A stretch of DNA of 64,000 nt from assembly GCF_006345805.1 (NCBI RefSeq), contig NC_043006.1, forward strand, positions 50,716,001 through 50,780,000, given 5' to 3'. This DNA comes from Octopus sinensis (Eukaryota). Below, in pieces: positions 12,784 through 26,449 of the stretch. Position numbers and translations under genes: made by a program. Below the pieces are notes generated by a model that did not search any database, was not told where the DNA came from, and saw only the letters and a program-made list of their open reading frames with translations. Numbering within the stretch: position 1 is the stretch's first letter; each line of letters begins with the position of its first letter.

Positions 12784-13393
12784 CCGTAAATCCCCGAGTA
12801 TAGTCCGGCCTTGATTATAATACACAGGGGATTTTTAGGGGCTGTACCTCTGAAAAACCTAAACCTTGTAAATAATACGCACCCCTTCTCTAACTTGTGT
12901 CAAAGAGATATATATAACGTCTTTGGTTTGTAAAACTGTATACGGCAACGTCCTTTATTATTATTGTATATATATAGCATAATGCAAACCTGTAGCTATT
13001 TTGTGCATTTTATTTGCAGAAAATAAAGAAATAACAGTAATAACGTTTAATAAATGTAGCTTACTGCAAGTTATGGATGATTCTTTTATGACTTCATTGC
13101 TTTCAGGTTTAGCTTAAGGTATTTTCGCGCCCGACATCACAAAATGAATCTGAATAAACATTGCCGGACAGCAAATAGAAACTCGGACATTGCTTAGAAA
13201 ATAATTTTTACTTTTAACCTTGTATATAGTACGCACTAGGGATTTTGACCTTTAAATTTTGGGGGGGAAATGCGGAGACTCGGACATTGCTTAGAATATA
13301 ATTTTTATTTTTAACCTCGTATATAGTACGCACTCGGGATTTTGACCTTTAAATTTTAGGAAAAAAATGCGGATTATACTCGAGGATTTACGG
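12784..13393. mobile_element. Non-autonomous Tc1/mariner-pogo-type MITE with TA TSD
   Basis: TIRs CCGTAAATCCCCGAGTATAGTCC and GGATTATACTCGAGGATTTACGG, each flanked by TA. Contains an internal ~97-bp tandem duplication (13181-13374). Another end of the family lies at 53622-53744. Confidence 0.85.
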
Positions 13394-13744
13394 TAATCGT
13401 AGTAGCTTCTGTGTAAAAACTACCGTAGTCAGAAAATTGAAAGCGCCAATAACTAATCAATTACGTATTTCACATTCCAGAAGTTGTCGACAAATGACGT
13501 TGTTTTGACTATGCTGCGATAAAGTGCGAGCCGGAGTAATGAAGGTCGCGAAGCATGGGTCACCGAGCTCTCGCAAAATTACACGTGACTTCACATTACT
13601 CTACCATGAACAACAAACATAACAATGTAACAATATAAGATAATTGTAGAATATTGAATACAACGTAATGCTACATCGAAATATAAACATAACACACTGT
13701 GAGTGGGATGTGATTCTATGTATTAATGTGTGTATACATGTAGG

Positions 13745-13778
<34 letters not shown>

Positions 13779-13780
<2 letters not shown>

Positions 13781-13848
13781 AGGTGGTGCTATTAAGTTAG
13801 ACATGGCCTGGGCCAATAATGGCCGAAACCTATCAAAGTATCAAAGTA
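13779..13848 (+). mobile_element. 3' tip of the CR1-like LINE with (ATCAAAGT)n tail
   Basis: Reverse complement of 20965-21048. Confidence 0.85.
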
Positions 13849-14520
13849 TATGTGTGTGTGTGTGTGTGTGTGTAGTTATGTACGTATTTGTGTATTCATA
13901 TATATCAATATATACGTATCTGTATGCACACACACATAAACACATACACACACACACATGTATATATATACACACACACACACATATATATACATACATA
14001 CATATATATTAAACATACACACGCAGGTACATTGCTGAATACATATGCAGACATATATAGGTAAGATATAAATATATATACAAATGCATATAAAATGTAT
14101 GCACGCACACACGCACGCACACAAAATCTCCTGGTGTATGCTTATGCAAGTTAATTGTTACAGGCGAAAGAAAGAAGGAAAAATAATCAGAACATTTTAA
14201 GTAGGGGTGGGAAGAGGAAGAAAACGGTGGAGAAAGAGAAACAGAAAATTAGAAAAAGCGGAAAGAATAGTTACGGGTTGAGAGTGCTGCATAAATGGCG
14301 TTCGAAAAGCTACGATTAGATACTTCGATTAGCTTGCGCAACGAACGCGTATAAAAACACGTACACATACAGTTACATGTATATCTACATAAATACAAAC
14401 ATATATACAAATATACACACATATAGATATGCATACAAATATACAAAAATATGTACGCAAATACATGTCCATATATATAAAATTATTTACACATGTGCAT
14501 ACACATTTAAACATATATAT

Positions 14521-14552
<32 letters not shown>

Positions 14553-14576
14553 GTCAATAATAATAAGGGTAACATT

Positions 14577-14609
<33 letters not shown>

Positions 14610-14621
14610 ATAAATATACAT

Positions 14622-14685
14622 AGGCGTAGGAGTCCTTGTGAGTGGATTAGGTAGACAGAACCTGAAAGAATACCGTCGTATATAT

Positions 14686-14738
<53 letters not shown>

Positions 14739-14963
14739 GTATATATGTATGTGTGTATGTATATTTTGTCCCCCCTCCCAACAACGCTTGATAACCGATG
14801 CCGGTGTGTTTACGTCCCCGTAAATTAGCGGTTCGGCAAAATAGACCGATAGAATAAGTACTAGGCTTACAAAGAATAAGTCCTGGGGTCGATTTGCTCG
14901 ACTGAAGGCGGTGCTCCAGCATGGCCACAGTCAAATGAATGAAACAAGTAAAAGAGTAAAGAG
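14622..14963 (+). mobile_element. Family-B SINE with an internal deletion in the head
   Basis: ggcgtaggagt|ccttgtgagtggat... and a full tail ...gaaacaagtaaaagag. Confidence 0.85.
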
Positions 14964-14968
14964 GGTAT

Positions 14969-15045
<77 letters not shown>

Positions 15046-15208
15046 CATGTATACGCACACAAACATACATATACATACCTGCAATACATACATACATACA
15101 TACACACACATATATAGAGAGAGAGAGACATCACATCACGATAAATATATACATCTTAACGTATATGCAAACATTTTAAAAACCTATCCGGTTTATATAA
15201 TATTGAAA

Positions 15209-15578
15209 TCTCTCTATATATAAACGGCAGTTTGTCTGTGTGTGTTTCTGTGTGTCTGTTTGGTTGTACCTCACCCTGACCACGGCTTTCAACCGGTTCT
15301 GATGAAACTTGACACACACATAGCCCAATGTCATAATTCAAAACTAACGCAGCGAAAATTTTGAAAAGTTCCCCCAGTTCTGAAAAGAATCGATAAATTC
15401 GACATGGGGTCGAGAATCAGAAACACAAACCACAGACTGTCTAGGGGACGCAACTTGACCTTTTTAACTAAAAAAAAAATTTACCATCATTTTTTTTCCA
15501 TTTTTGGCTATAACTCTCTAAAAATGCTTTATAGTTATTTCCCTTACTAACCCGAGCAACGCCGGGCGATACAGCTAG
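15209..15578 (+). mobile_element. Non-autonomous Helitron
   Basis: Starts with TC after A and ends with CTAG before T. Subterminal hairpin cccgagcaacgccggg; no TSD. Confidence 0.85.
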
Positions 15579-15809
15579 TGTAAAAATAAGAAAATTGTAC
15601 ATTAATTTGAAATCAAATAATTAAATACGTGAGTAAACAATAGAAATAAACCTCGGCGAAGCTTAAACTTAAATTTGTAAAACAGTCAAAATATTTTACC
15701 TATACGGTAGTTTGTCGTTTGACATTTTGAACTTTGCACGTGCCTGCAGGAATTTAAGAGCTCGCGTCCCTAGTTCAAAGTATTTTTATCCTGGAAGAGG
15801 ATGAAGAAC

Positions 15810-16339
15810 ATTTCTGAGAGGCAAAGATTACATTTCAAGTATTTTTGTTTCTCCAATCTCTTTACAGTGGTTGGGAATTGTTGTGTACGTTACGTCTAAT
15901 TCAGAAGCAAGCTCTCGAACAGCTGTACGTGGATTGATCCAACTAAGGCTCTTAGTCGTTGTCAACATAAGATGGCCGACCACTACGCTTATCATCTTCA
16001 AGACTCTCGTCACCGCTACGAAATTTCTTGAACCACCATTTGGCTGTACGTTCATTAGTGGTTCCTGGGCCAAACGCGAACTGTTTCGAAAGCTTTTCGG
16101 CCTAGCTTGAACTGGAATAAGAAAATTGTGCGAATGTGAGTTTTGTCCATGTTGTATTCAACGTTCCAGAAAAATGGCCAAATTATTAAAAAAGAAAAAT
16201 AGTAACATGATTAGATAGAGCGAAAAACGGGCTTTAAAATGATATAAAAAGTCAAAGTAATTCAACGAAAATTAAATAGAAAATATATAATTAAAAAACA
16301 AAATTTAAAGTTCCGCAAGAACACTACTTGACAGCCTAA
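15810..16339 (-). pseudogene. mariner transposon 5' relic (Hsmar1/cecropia-like N-terminus)
   Basis: TA-TTAGGCTGTC terminus; MDKTHIRTIFLFQFKLGRKA from 16150; HTH INPRTAVRELASELDVTYTTI; frameshifted and truncated. Confidence 0.8.
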
Positions 16340-16349
16340 TAAACATATG

Positions 16350-16380
<31 letters not shown>

Positions 16381-16405
16381 GCACACGTTTATGTGTATAT
16401 GTTTG

Positions 16406-16450
<45 letters not shown>

Positions 16451-16480
16451 TATATATATATACACGTTTATGTGTATATG

Positions 16481-16532
<52 letters not shown>

Positions 16533-16555
16533 TATGTGTATATGTATGTATATAT

Positions 16556-17872
16556 AAATATAACAACACTGGGAGGAAGAGAAGTGGAACGAAGCGACGA
16601 ATCGAATCGACCCCGACGCGAATAGCGCTGTCAGACAATAATGTAATAAATAAAATATATGCATACATACAAACATATATGTACGTACCTACATCTACAT
16701 GTATATATACATGCATATATAAATATATATACGTGAGTATAGGACACCGCAACTAGATGTAGAACTCAACGAAAAGCGAAAACGGACAAGCCATTTTTTT
16801 ACAACAAAAAACAGAGACGAAACGAAAACGGGAAAAACTTTATTTTTTACAACAGAAAAACAAGGTACAGGACACACCACACAAGGAAAAAATCCCCAGT
16901 CATCAGCTGTCACCAGCTAACTCAAGCGTGTTTCGAAGGCAAGACAGGACACGACTCGTCAACTAGTCCTTCACTGCGAGAGAATTAAAATAAAATTGCC
17001 TCGCAGAGGGGCAAAAACAGACATGAAAAAAATGTAACAAACACAGAACGTAAAAACGATACAAATGAAACTACAAAAATAAAATACAAGATAAAAATAC
17101 ACGTACAAGAAAATACAAAACGAGAAATAAAAAGAAAAATACAATACAGGAAATCAAAAGACAAGAAAACAAACGAGAAAAACAAAACGAAAAAGGCCTT
17201 TTTTCTGGCAAGACGGAGGATGTTGTAGTAGCAGCGGAAGGGAACACGTCCTTTCAACTGAAAAGCAGGGTGCAAAAGGAAGTGACCAGGAGTGACGAAG
17301 ATGAGGAAGAGAGAGAGAGAGATAGATAGAGGAAGACAAGCGGCAAGAGAGAGAAGGGGAAGAGTGAGCAGGAGAGAGAGAGCGGGGAAGGCAAAGCAAA
17401 GGGAGAGAATTTCGCGTCTTAATTATATATAAAACAATACTAGAAGGAAGAGAAGTGGAACGAAGCGACGAATCGAATCGACCCCGACGCGAATGCGCTG
17501 TCAGACAATAATGTAATAAATAAACTATATGCATACATACAAACATATATGTACGTACCTACATCTACATGTATATATACATGCATATATAAATATATAT
17601 ACGTGAGTACAGGACACCGTAACTAGACATAGAACTCAACGAAAAACGAAAACGGACAAGCCATTTTTTTACAACAAAAAAACGAAACGAAAACGGGAAA
17701 AAAAATTATTTTTTACAACAGAAAAACAAGGTACAGGACACACCACACAAGGAAAAAATCCCCAGTAATCAGCTGTCACTAGCTAATTCAAGCGTGTTTC
17801 GAAGGCAAGACAAGACACGACTCGTCAACAAGTCCTTCACTACGAGAGAATTAAAATAAAATTGCCTCGCAG
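16556..17872 (-). mobile_element. ORF-less Penelope-pLTR-like repeat, ~870-bp monomer plus partial tandem copy, in (TA)n
   Basis: 16560-17005 is repeated at 17433-17872. Homologous to 32657-33918. Carries GAAA and CTGATGA boxes on the minus strand. Confidence 0.6.
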
Positions 17873-17873
17873 A

Positions 17874-17874
<1 letters not shown>

Positions 17875-17932
<58 letters not shown>

Positions 17933-17948
17933 TATGTGTATATGTATG

Positions 17949-17997
<49 letters not shown>

Positions 17998-18088
17998 TTA
18001 TGTGTATATGTATATATATATGTTTATGTATAGTATAATATATATTTTTATGTGTATATGTATATATATTTTTATGTGTATATGTATG

Positions 18089-18126
<38 letters not shown>

Positions 18127-18266
18127 GTGTGTGTGTTTATGTGTATATGTATATATATATATGTTTATGTATATGTATATATATATATGTTTATGTGTAT
18201 ATGTATATATATTTTTATGTGTATATGTATATATATATGTTTATGTGTATATGTATATATATATGC

Positions 18267-18301
<35 letters not shown>

Positions 18302-18335
18302 TATATATGTATATATATATATGTATATATATATG

Positions 18336-18396
<61 letters not shown>

Positions 18397-18397
18397 G

Positions 18398-18441
<44 letters not shown>

Positions 18442-18449
18442 AATATATG

Positions 18450-18486
<37 letters not shown>

Positions 18487-18577
18487 TATATATATATATG
18501 TATATATATATGTATATATATATATATATATGTATATATATGTATATATATATGTATATATATATTATATATATATG

Positions 18578-18619
<42 letters not shown>

Positions 18620-18624
18620 TTATG

Positions 18625-18655
<31 letters not shown>

Positions 18656-18828
18656 GTATATATATATGTATATATATATATGTATATATATATGTATATA
18701 TATATATGTATATATATATGTATATATATATATATGTATATATATTGTATATAATATATATATATATGTATATATATATGTATATATATGTATATATATT
18801 ATATATATATATATATGTAATATATATG

Positions 18829-18861
<33 letters not shown>

Positions 18862-19013
18862 GTATATATATATATATATATATATACTTTGATACTTTGA
18901 TACTTTGATAGGTTTCGGCCATTATTGGCGCAGGGCATGTCTAACTTAATAGCACCACCTGGTGAAGTATTTCAAGTCAGAATTTGGGCACTATGCCCAC
19001 TCAAGTAGAGAGT

Positions 19014-19073
<60 letters not shown>

Positions 19074-19164
19074 ATATATATATATATAATATATATATAT
19101 ATTATATATATATATACATATATATATAGATAAATATACAATATATATATACATATATAATGTA

Positions 19165-19196
<32 letters not shown>

Positions 19197-19200
19197 GTAT

Positions 19201-19251
<51 letters not shown>

Positions 19252-19332
19252 GTTATATATAGATAATATGTATATATATATATATATATATGATATATAT
19301 ATATATTATATATATAATATATATATATGTAT

Positions 19333-19411
<79 letters not shown>

Positions 19412-19452
19412 GTATATATAATATATATATATATATGTATATATATAATATA

Positions 19453-19489
<37 letters not shown>

Positions 19490-19623
19490 ATATATATATA
19501 ATATATATATATATATATGTATATTATATATGTATATTATATATATATATGATATATGTATATATATAATATATATGTATATATATATGGTATTTTATAT
19601 TATATATATATGTATAATATATG

Positions 19624-19660
<37 letters not shown>

Positions 19661-19751
19661 TATATATATATATGTATATATATATGTATATATATATATA
19701 TATATGTATATATATGTATATATATATGTATATATATATTATATATATATG

Positions 19752-19793
<42 letters not shown>

Positions 19794-19798
19794 TTATG

Positions 19799-19829
<31 letters not shown>

Positions 19830-20002
19830 GTATATATATATGTATATATATATATGTATATATATATGTATATATATATATGTATATATATATGTATATA
19901 TATATATATGTATATATATTGTATATAATATATATATATATGTATATATATATGTATATATATGTATATATATTATATATATATATATATGTAATATATA
20001 TG

Positions 20003-20035
<33 letters not shown>

Positions 20036-20196
20036 GTATATATATATATATATATATATACTTTGATACTTTGATACTTTGATAGGTTTCGGCCATTATT
20101 GGCGCAGGCCATGTCTAACTTAATAGCACCACCTGGTGAAGTATTTCAAGTCAGAATTTGGGCACTATGGCCCACTCAAGTAGAGAGTTATATATA

Positions 20197-20230
<34 letters not shown>

Positions 20231-20231
20231 C

Positions 20232-20310
<79 letters not shown>

Positions 20311-20401
20311 CTTACATATACATATATATATATACATATATATATGTATATATCTATATATATGTATATATTATATAGATGTATATATAATATATATATG
20401 T

Positions 20402-20435
<34 letters not shown>

Positions 20436-20528
20436 ATATATATATAGATATTTATATATATATCTATGTATATATATATATATATAATATGTATTATATA
20501 TATATATGTATATATATATACTATATAG

Positions 20529-20623
<95 letters not shown>

Positions 20624-20641
20624 TATGTATATATAATATAG

Positions 20642-20677
<36 letters not shown>

Positions 20678-20854
20678 ATATATATGTATATATATATATA
20701 TGTTATATATATATATATACTATATATATTAATATATATATTAATATATGTATTATATATATATATATAGATATATGTATATATATATATGTATATTATA
20801 TATATATATATATGTATATAAGGGTATATATATATGTATATATTATATGTATAT

Positions 20855-20912
<58 letters not shown>

Positions 20913-20964
20913 TAATATATATATAATATATATATATATTATATATCTATATATGTATATATAT
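17875..20964. repeat. ~3-kb imperfect (TA)n/(TATG)n tract with two CR1 tail fragments (18886-19015, 20060-20190)
   Basis: Directly visible; 18436-19015 is repeated at 19610-20190. Confidence 0.95.
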
Positions 20965-21980
20965 ACTTTGATACTTTGATACTTTGATCTTTGATAGGTT
21001 TCGGCCATTATTGGCCCAGGCCATGTCTAACTTAATAGCACCACCTGGTGAAGTCTTTCAAGTCAGAATTTGGCACTATGGCCACTCAAGTAGAGAGTTA
21101 TTGTTTACAGAGACATATCCGGGTGTAGGGGGTTTATCCGGGATTTCTTGAAGGAATCTGTCCAAAGACTTCTTGAACCCTATAGGGTCAGTTTCTGTAT
21201 TAATGTGTTTTGTTAATGTTAAAGAGAGCGGGGCCAATTGAGGTGAAATAATTGTGCCGTATTGTTGTTATGAGATGAGAGTGCGATTTTTGTTTTGGGC
21301 GGATGGCACGGGGCCCAAGCCTTGGATGTACCTTAAAGGTGATGCCAACATCATTTGGGCAATGCTGATGGAATATTTTCCACATCATGCAGATGATGTA
21401 GCGCTCACGACGACGTTGGAGAGAATAGAGTTTTAGCTTTTCTAGTCGACCCCAATAGTCGAGGCCCGTCATGCCATCTATCTTTTTTGTGATTGCCCTT
21501 TGAGGTGCTTCAACTTTTATGATACCTTGTATTGTGTGGAGAGACCACAGTGGACAACAGTATTCAAGGTGGGGTCGGGCAAAAGTGGAGAAGAGAAGGA
21601 TAATGGTGTGGATATCTCTCGACTGGAAAGTTCTGAGAATCCAGGAACACATTCTGCGGGCCATGTCAACTTTGGTGTTTATATGAGTGGCCCAGCTTAC
21701 GTTGTTGTCCACAATTACTCCCAAGTCTCTGTTGTTGTTGGACGCCGCGAGAGTTTCACCTGAAGGAAGGGAGTATGGGAGTTTCAGGGCATCCTCTTTT
21801 CCAAAGTGGATTAGCTCAAATTTATCCTCGTTCAGCAGCATATTGTTTTTTTCTGCCCATTGGATAACAGCCAGTAGATCTGACTGAAGGCATGTCCGGT
21901 CACTCGCCTCATTTATGACCTTCTGTAGCTTGGAGTCATCTGCAAAGATTTTTATGTTGCTGTGCTTGATGATGTCATTA
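20965..21980 (-). mobile_element. 5'-truncated CR1-group LINE (RT C-terminal half, 3' UTR, octamer tail)
   Basis: KIFADDSKL (21935-21946), LQSDL..W...N.M.LN..K, RDLGVIVD, RPHLEYCCPLWS, LYSLQRRRER; (ATCAAAGT)n tail. Confidence 0.9.
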
Positions 21981-22046
21981 ATTATATATATATATATATT
22001 ATATATAATATATATATAATATATATATATATTGTATATATGTATG

Positions 22047-22094
<48 letters not shown>

Positions 22095-22153
22095 TATATA
22101 TATATGTATTATATATATATATATAATATATAATATATATATATATATGTATG

Positions 22154-22255
<102 letters not shown>

Positions 22256-22325
22256 ATATATATATATAATATATATATGTATGTATATATATATATGTTT
22301 ATGTGTATATGTATGTATATATATA

Positions 22326-23085
22326 TGTAGCCCTTCTATCACGAATTCTTTTTTGATGCCTTGTGGGAGTTCGTTGGCGTAATTCTCTAGCCAGAATTGA
22401 ATTGCTTCTATTCCTAGGTAGTGGGGGATATTCGATTAGAAGGATACTAATAGGATCATTTTGTTTATTGTTTTAGGAAGGTGACTGAGCATATTCAGGT
22501 CGTTCCTTATATAGCTTTTGACATGCTTGAGGAATGGTTTTAAGAGGTTATCTAAATACTTAGTGAGGCGGTGGGTTTCGCATGCGGGACCTGCTGCTTT
22601 AGGTTTCAATTTGAAGTCAATGGGAGCAGTGACTTTGATTATTATGTCTGTGGCTTTTCTTCATGCGTTACTTATTTTCTCAATTTTGTGTATCTTGGGA
22701 ATACCGTAGAATTGACTGATTTTACTTTTGAAATTGGTCGTATAGTCATATTCTTTGTCGGTGAGCCCTTCTTTGTATAGGTTTAACAGGATTTTCATTA
22801 TTTTCTGCTGACTGTAGTGTTCGCCCTTTTCCTAATATGTTGTGCCTTCCAATATGGATAGTACTAAAGTTATATAGAATACCGTGTCCATTAAGACACG
22901 GTATTCTCTTTATTACATAATACAGACCCCTTTTGAACGCGTCTACAACAAATGATATATCCACAACGGCCCTAGAATAACACAAATACACACGGAAATA
23001 TTAAAAATGGTGCACTCAAGAGATTCCCAAGAATTCATTTAAAAACAGTCCCAATCACTGCTATAATCCATAACGTGCTAATTTT
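22326..23085 (-). pseudogene. Penelope-like element RT fragment
   Basis: Minus frame: SQFYGIPKIHK...KLKPKAAGPACETHRLTKYLDNLLKPFLKHVKSYIRNDLNML...LVSF...[15 protein letters not shown]. This matches the PLE FYGLPKIHK/RPI region; it contains stops. Confidence 0.85.
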
Positions 23086-23093
23086 ATGAACCC

Positions 23094-23127
<34 letters not shown>

Positions 23128-23336
23128 GGGTTCATAAGTATCCTGTTTGTTACCATAGAATCGAGGCCTAGCACGCAGAGTAAAACTGCTTGACACAGAT
23201 TGACAAGCATGTGCACTAAGTTTTAACGTTCTAGTTCAGTTCCCCTATTTACAGTAGTAATTCGAATTGGGCTTTTGTGATTGTGTGTGTGTTTGTGTGT
23301 CTGTGTGTGTGCAAGAATACACATATAAGAAAATAT

Positions 23337-23698
23337 ACAGGTATGGCTGTGTGGTAATGAAGCTTGTTTTCCCACAACATGGTTTTGGCTAAGTGTCTCC
23401 TACTATATCTTCGGGCGGACTGAACCCTTGTGAGTGGATTTGGTTAATGGAAACTTGAAAGCGCTTCGTATGTATAGATCCCTGTGTGTGTCTTTGTGTC
23501 CGTGTTTCTCCTCCACTTGCACTTAACTGGTGCTGGTGTGTTTAAATCTCGGTAACTTAGTGTTTCTACATAAGTAACCAATAAAATAAGTACTGGATTT
23601 TAAAAAGTAATTCGTATCTCGATTTGTTCGATTTAAACGCTTCAAGGCGGTGCCCCGGTACGTCCACAGTCAAATGAATGAAATAAAAGATAAAAGAT
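23337..23698 (+). mobile_element. Old family-B SINE (duplicate at 34585-34918)
   Basis: tggctgtgtggtaa head; cagtcaaatgaatgaaa tail. Confidence 0.75.
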
Positions 23699-23744
23699 AT
23701 ATATGAGAAGAGCGAAAAAAGAAACATCGATCGATCAATAGATA

Positions 23745-24225
23745 TGTAGCAATATTGTTTTCTTCATTGCTATCTTCACCGTTTGAGAGAAATATTAAGA
23801 ATGATCTCGTTTGAGATTACAAACATCTGTGGCTAGTTTAACGTTGTTGTGTTCTCTATTTTGATTGGTTAACATCTAAGCGCGGTCTGTCTCTACTTAT
23901 TTCGCGCCAGTGTATAAACTGACCAATCACGGCTTTCGGATAGGACTTTCCATTTGAACTGTCTTTTGGCTTAAAACCTTTTAAGGTCTTAGTCGGAGAC
24001 CACACAGAGTATACTTAACCATGTTCCAGTTTCGAAAGGCTGACGACAACCAAACACCTGTTGCATGCACACACTTGCTAGTACTCACAACCTTCTAACC
24101 TTAACACCATTGTAAATAAAATATTACCTATCTCTCAAACAGTGGAACGGCTCGTCGTCAATTCACTTATATTCTATTGGCACTGCATTCTATAAATTGT
24201 ATTATTGTTTATCTTATTCCTTACA
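23745..24225 (+). mobile_element. 5' LTR of a Gypsy element (TG...CA, 481 bp) followed by a tRNA-Trp-type PBS TGGTGACCCC at 24227
   Basis: Begins TGTAG and ends TTACA, followed by the PBS. It is absent from the paralogous empty site near 34960. Confidence 0.8.
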
Positions 24226-24242
24226 CTGGTGACCCCCCCCCC

Positions 24243-24859
24243 CTTTGATATAACGTATATCTACAGTAAACTGTGAAATAAAATCAAGGTGTCTAATTTC
24301 TCTATGAGAATATTTCTCCGAAGAATTTTTTAATGCATATGTTAATGGTTTATGGTCAGTGAATAAAGTAAATGACCTACCTTCAATTTTTATGGAGATA
24401 ATCTTCTCGGCTTAGAAAAACTCGGTGGTCCTTGTGTGGTGATGTGATGTTCTACCGAATGTGCACACGTGGTATTTAGAGTTAACTGCTTTGTGATTTT
24501 TGGATAATTTTTCAAAATCCTGTGATACCTATTTTTTGAGGACGCTATGAAATATAGCGGACTAATTGTTGCTCTCCTGCATCTCATTCCCTGAATCTTT
24601 AAGGAGGTTTGTGTGTCTATTATTTTTTGTTTGTTCACATCTACCATTAAATGATAGTGCGCCAAAAATCCGCTCCTAATATTGGATATGGTAAATCCGC
24701 TACTATGAAGATCTATTTGTACTCTCTTCGTAAATTTATATCGAGCGTCAAGCCAATCTCTCCAAATGTTTGGATTTCAGACTGGTTCATCGCTTGAAGT
24801 GTCATATACACAGGTTTGGTTTTCTGTTTTAAGAGCCTTACAGGCCATATTGAACACGC
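24243..24859 (-). repeat. Inverted copy of the element's own internal segment 25974-26591
   Basis: ORF 24390-24665(-) matches ORF 25976-26443(+) with a few substitutions. Confidence 0.95.
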
Positions 24860-25032
24860 AGTCATTACCATTACCTACACTGGTGACCCCTCAAATACGC
24901 AGCCATTCATATATACTATGCAGCCAATAATAAGCATAAGTACGGAATTATTGACACAGAAGAAGCTGAAGAAGGAACCTTTTTTTTTTTTTAAAAAAAG
25001 AAACAAAAACAAAATATATATTCACAAAAATA

Positions 25033-26443
25033 TTGGAGCAGGAAAAAAAAACACCCGAGACATCGTACTTTGACAGAAGTCACACACAAGCTTCTGTCAA
25101 TGTACTGAATTGTCACCCGTGGACTGGAGACACACTAATTTGGTTGGCGCAACTAGAGGCAAGCTTTAAAGCCAACAGAATGACAAATGAGGAGCAGAAG
25201 TACTACATCATGCTTAGTAATTTGCCTCCACCTCTAAGCAATGAAATCATAGATCTTTTACTGAACCCTATGGAGCCAGTTTTGTATTCTTCGATTAAAG
25301 AAGAAATATTGAAGCGTACGTCAAGTTCGAAGCAAAAAGAATTCGCAAAATTATTTAACAACGAAGAGCTGGGTAGTAGAAAGCCACACAGTTTCTACGA
25401 AGGATGAACGAACTGCTTGGGAATCAGCAAATAGAGGAATCATACCTCAAAGAGGTATTTTTCAATAAACCGCCGCACAAAACCCAAACTTTGCTCTCGG
25501 CCGTAAAAAAACAGAATTCAATTCAGCAGTTGGCGGATCTCGCAGACGGTATTTTGGAGTTATCGTCTAGAGAAACTATTAGTGCGATTCCATCTATTTC
25601 AAGTGAAATACAAGAGTTTAAAAAATTTTACGAGAAACAATTCGACGTATTAACGAAGAAAATAGAGAGCTTACAACTTGAGAGAAACGGCCGCTCCGAT
25701 CACCAAAATTATACAAGATGGCGCAGGAAATCAAAGAGCCCTAGCTTGAAAAGAAACACCATATGTTGGTATCACGCTAAATTCGGAGAAAATTCTTTCA
25801 AATGCATCAAACCCTGTGCGTTTGATTTCCTTGCTAAAAAAAAAGGGAAATTCGGAAAACTTCTAAACCATAGATTGGAGGCGACGAAGTCTGTGGATAA
25901 CATTATAAAAAGTCGCGTGTTTTTCATCTACGACCTGAACTCGAAAGAAAGATTTCTCGTGGATACAGGAGCAGCGTGTTCAATATGGCCTGTAAGGCTC
26001 TTAAAACAAAGAAACCAACCTGTGTATATGACGTTCAAGCGGTGAACCAGTCTGAAATCCAAACATTTGGAGAGATTAGCTTGACGCTCGATATAAATTT
26101 ACGAAGAGAGTACAAATGGATCTTCATAGTAGCGGATTTACCATATCCAATATTAGGAGCGGATTTTTTGGCGCACTATCATTTAATGGTAGATGTGAAC
26201 AAACAAAAATTAATAGACACACAAACCTCCTTAAAGACTCAGGGAATGAGATGCAGGAGAGCAACAATTAGTCCGCTATATTTCATAGCGTCCTCAGAAA
26301 ATAGGTATCACAGGATTTTGAAAAATTATCCAAAAATCACAAAACAGTTAGCTCTAAATACCACGTGTGCACATTCGGTAGAACATCACATCACCACACA
26401 AGGACCACCGAGTTTTTCTAAGCCGAGAAGATTATCTCCATAA
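25033..26443 (+). pseudogene. Gypsy gag-protease (frameshifted)
   Basis: W..QLEASF, EELG.RKP and CWYHAKFG...KCIKPC in gag; FLVDTGA aspartic protease; PILGADFL. Confidence 0.9.
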
Positions 26444-26449
26444 AAATTG

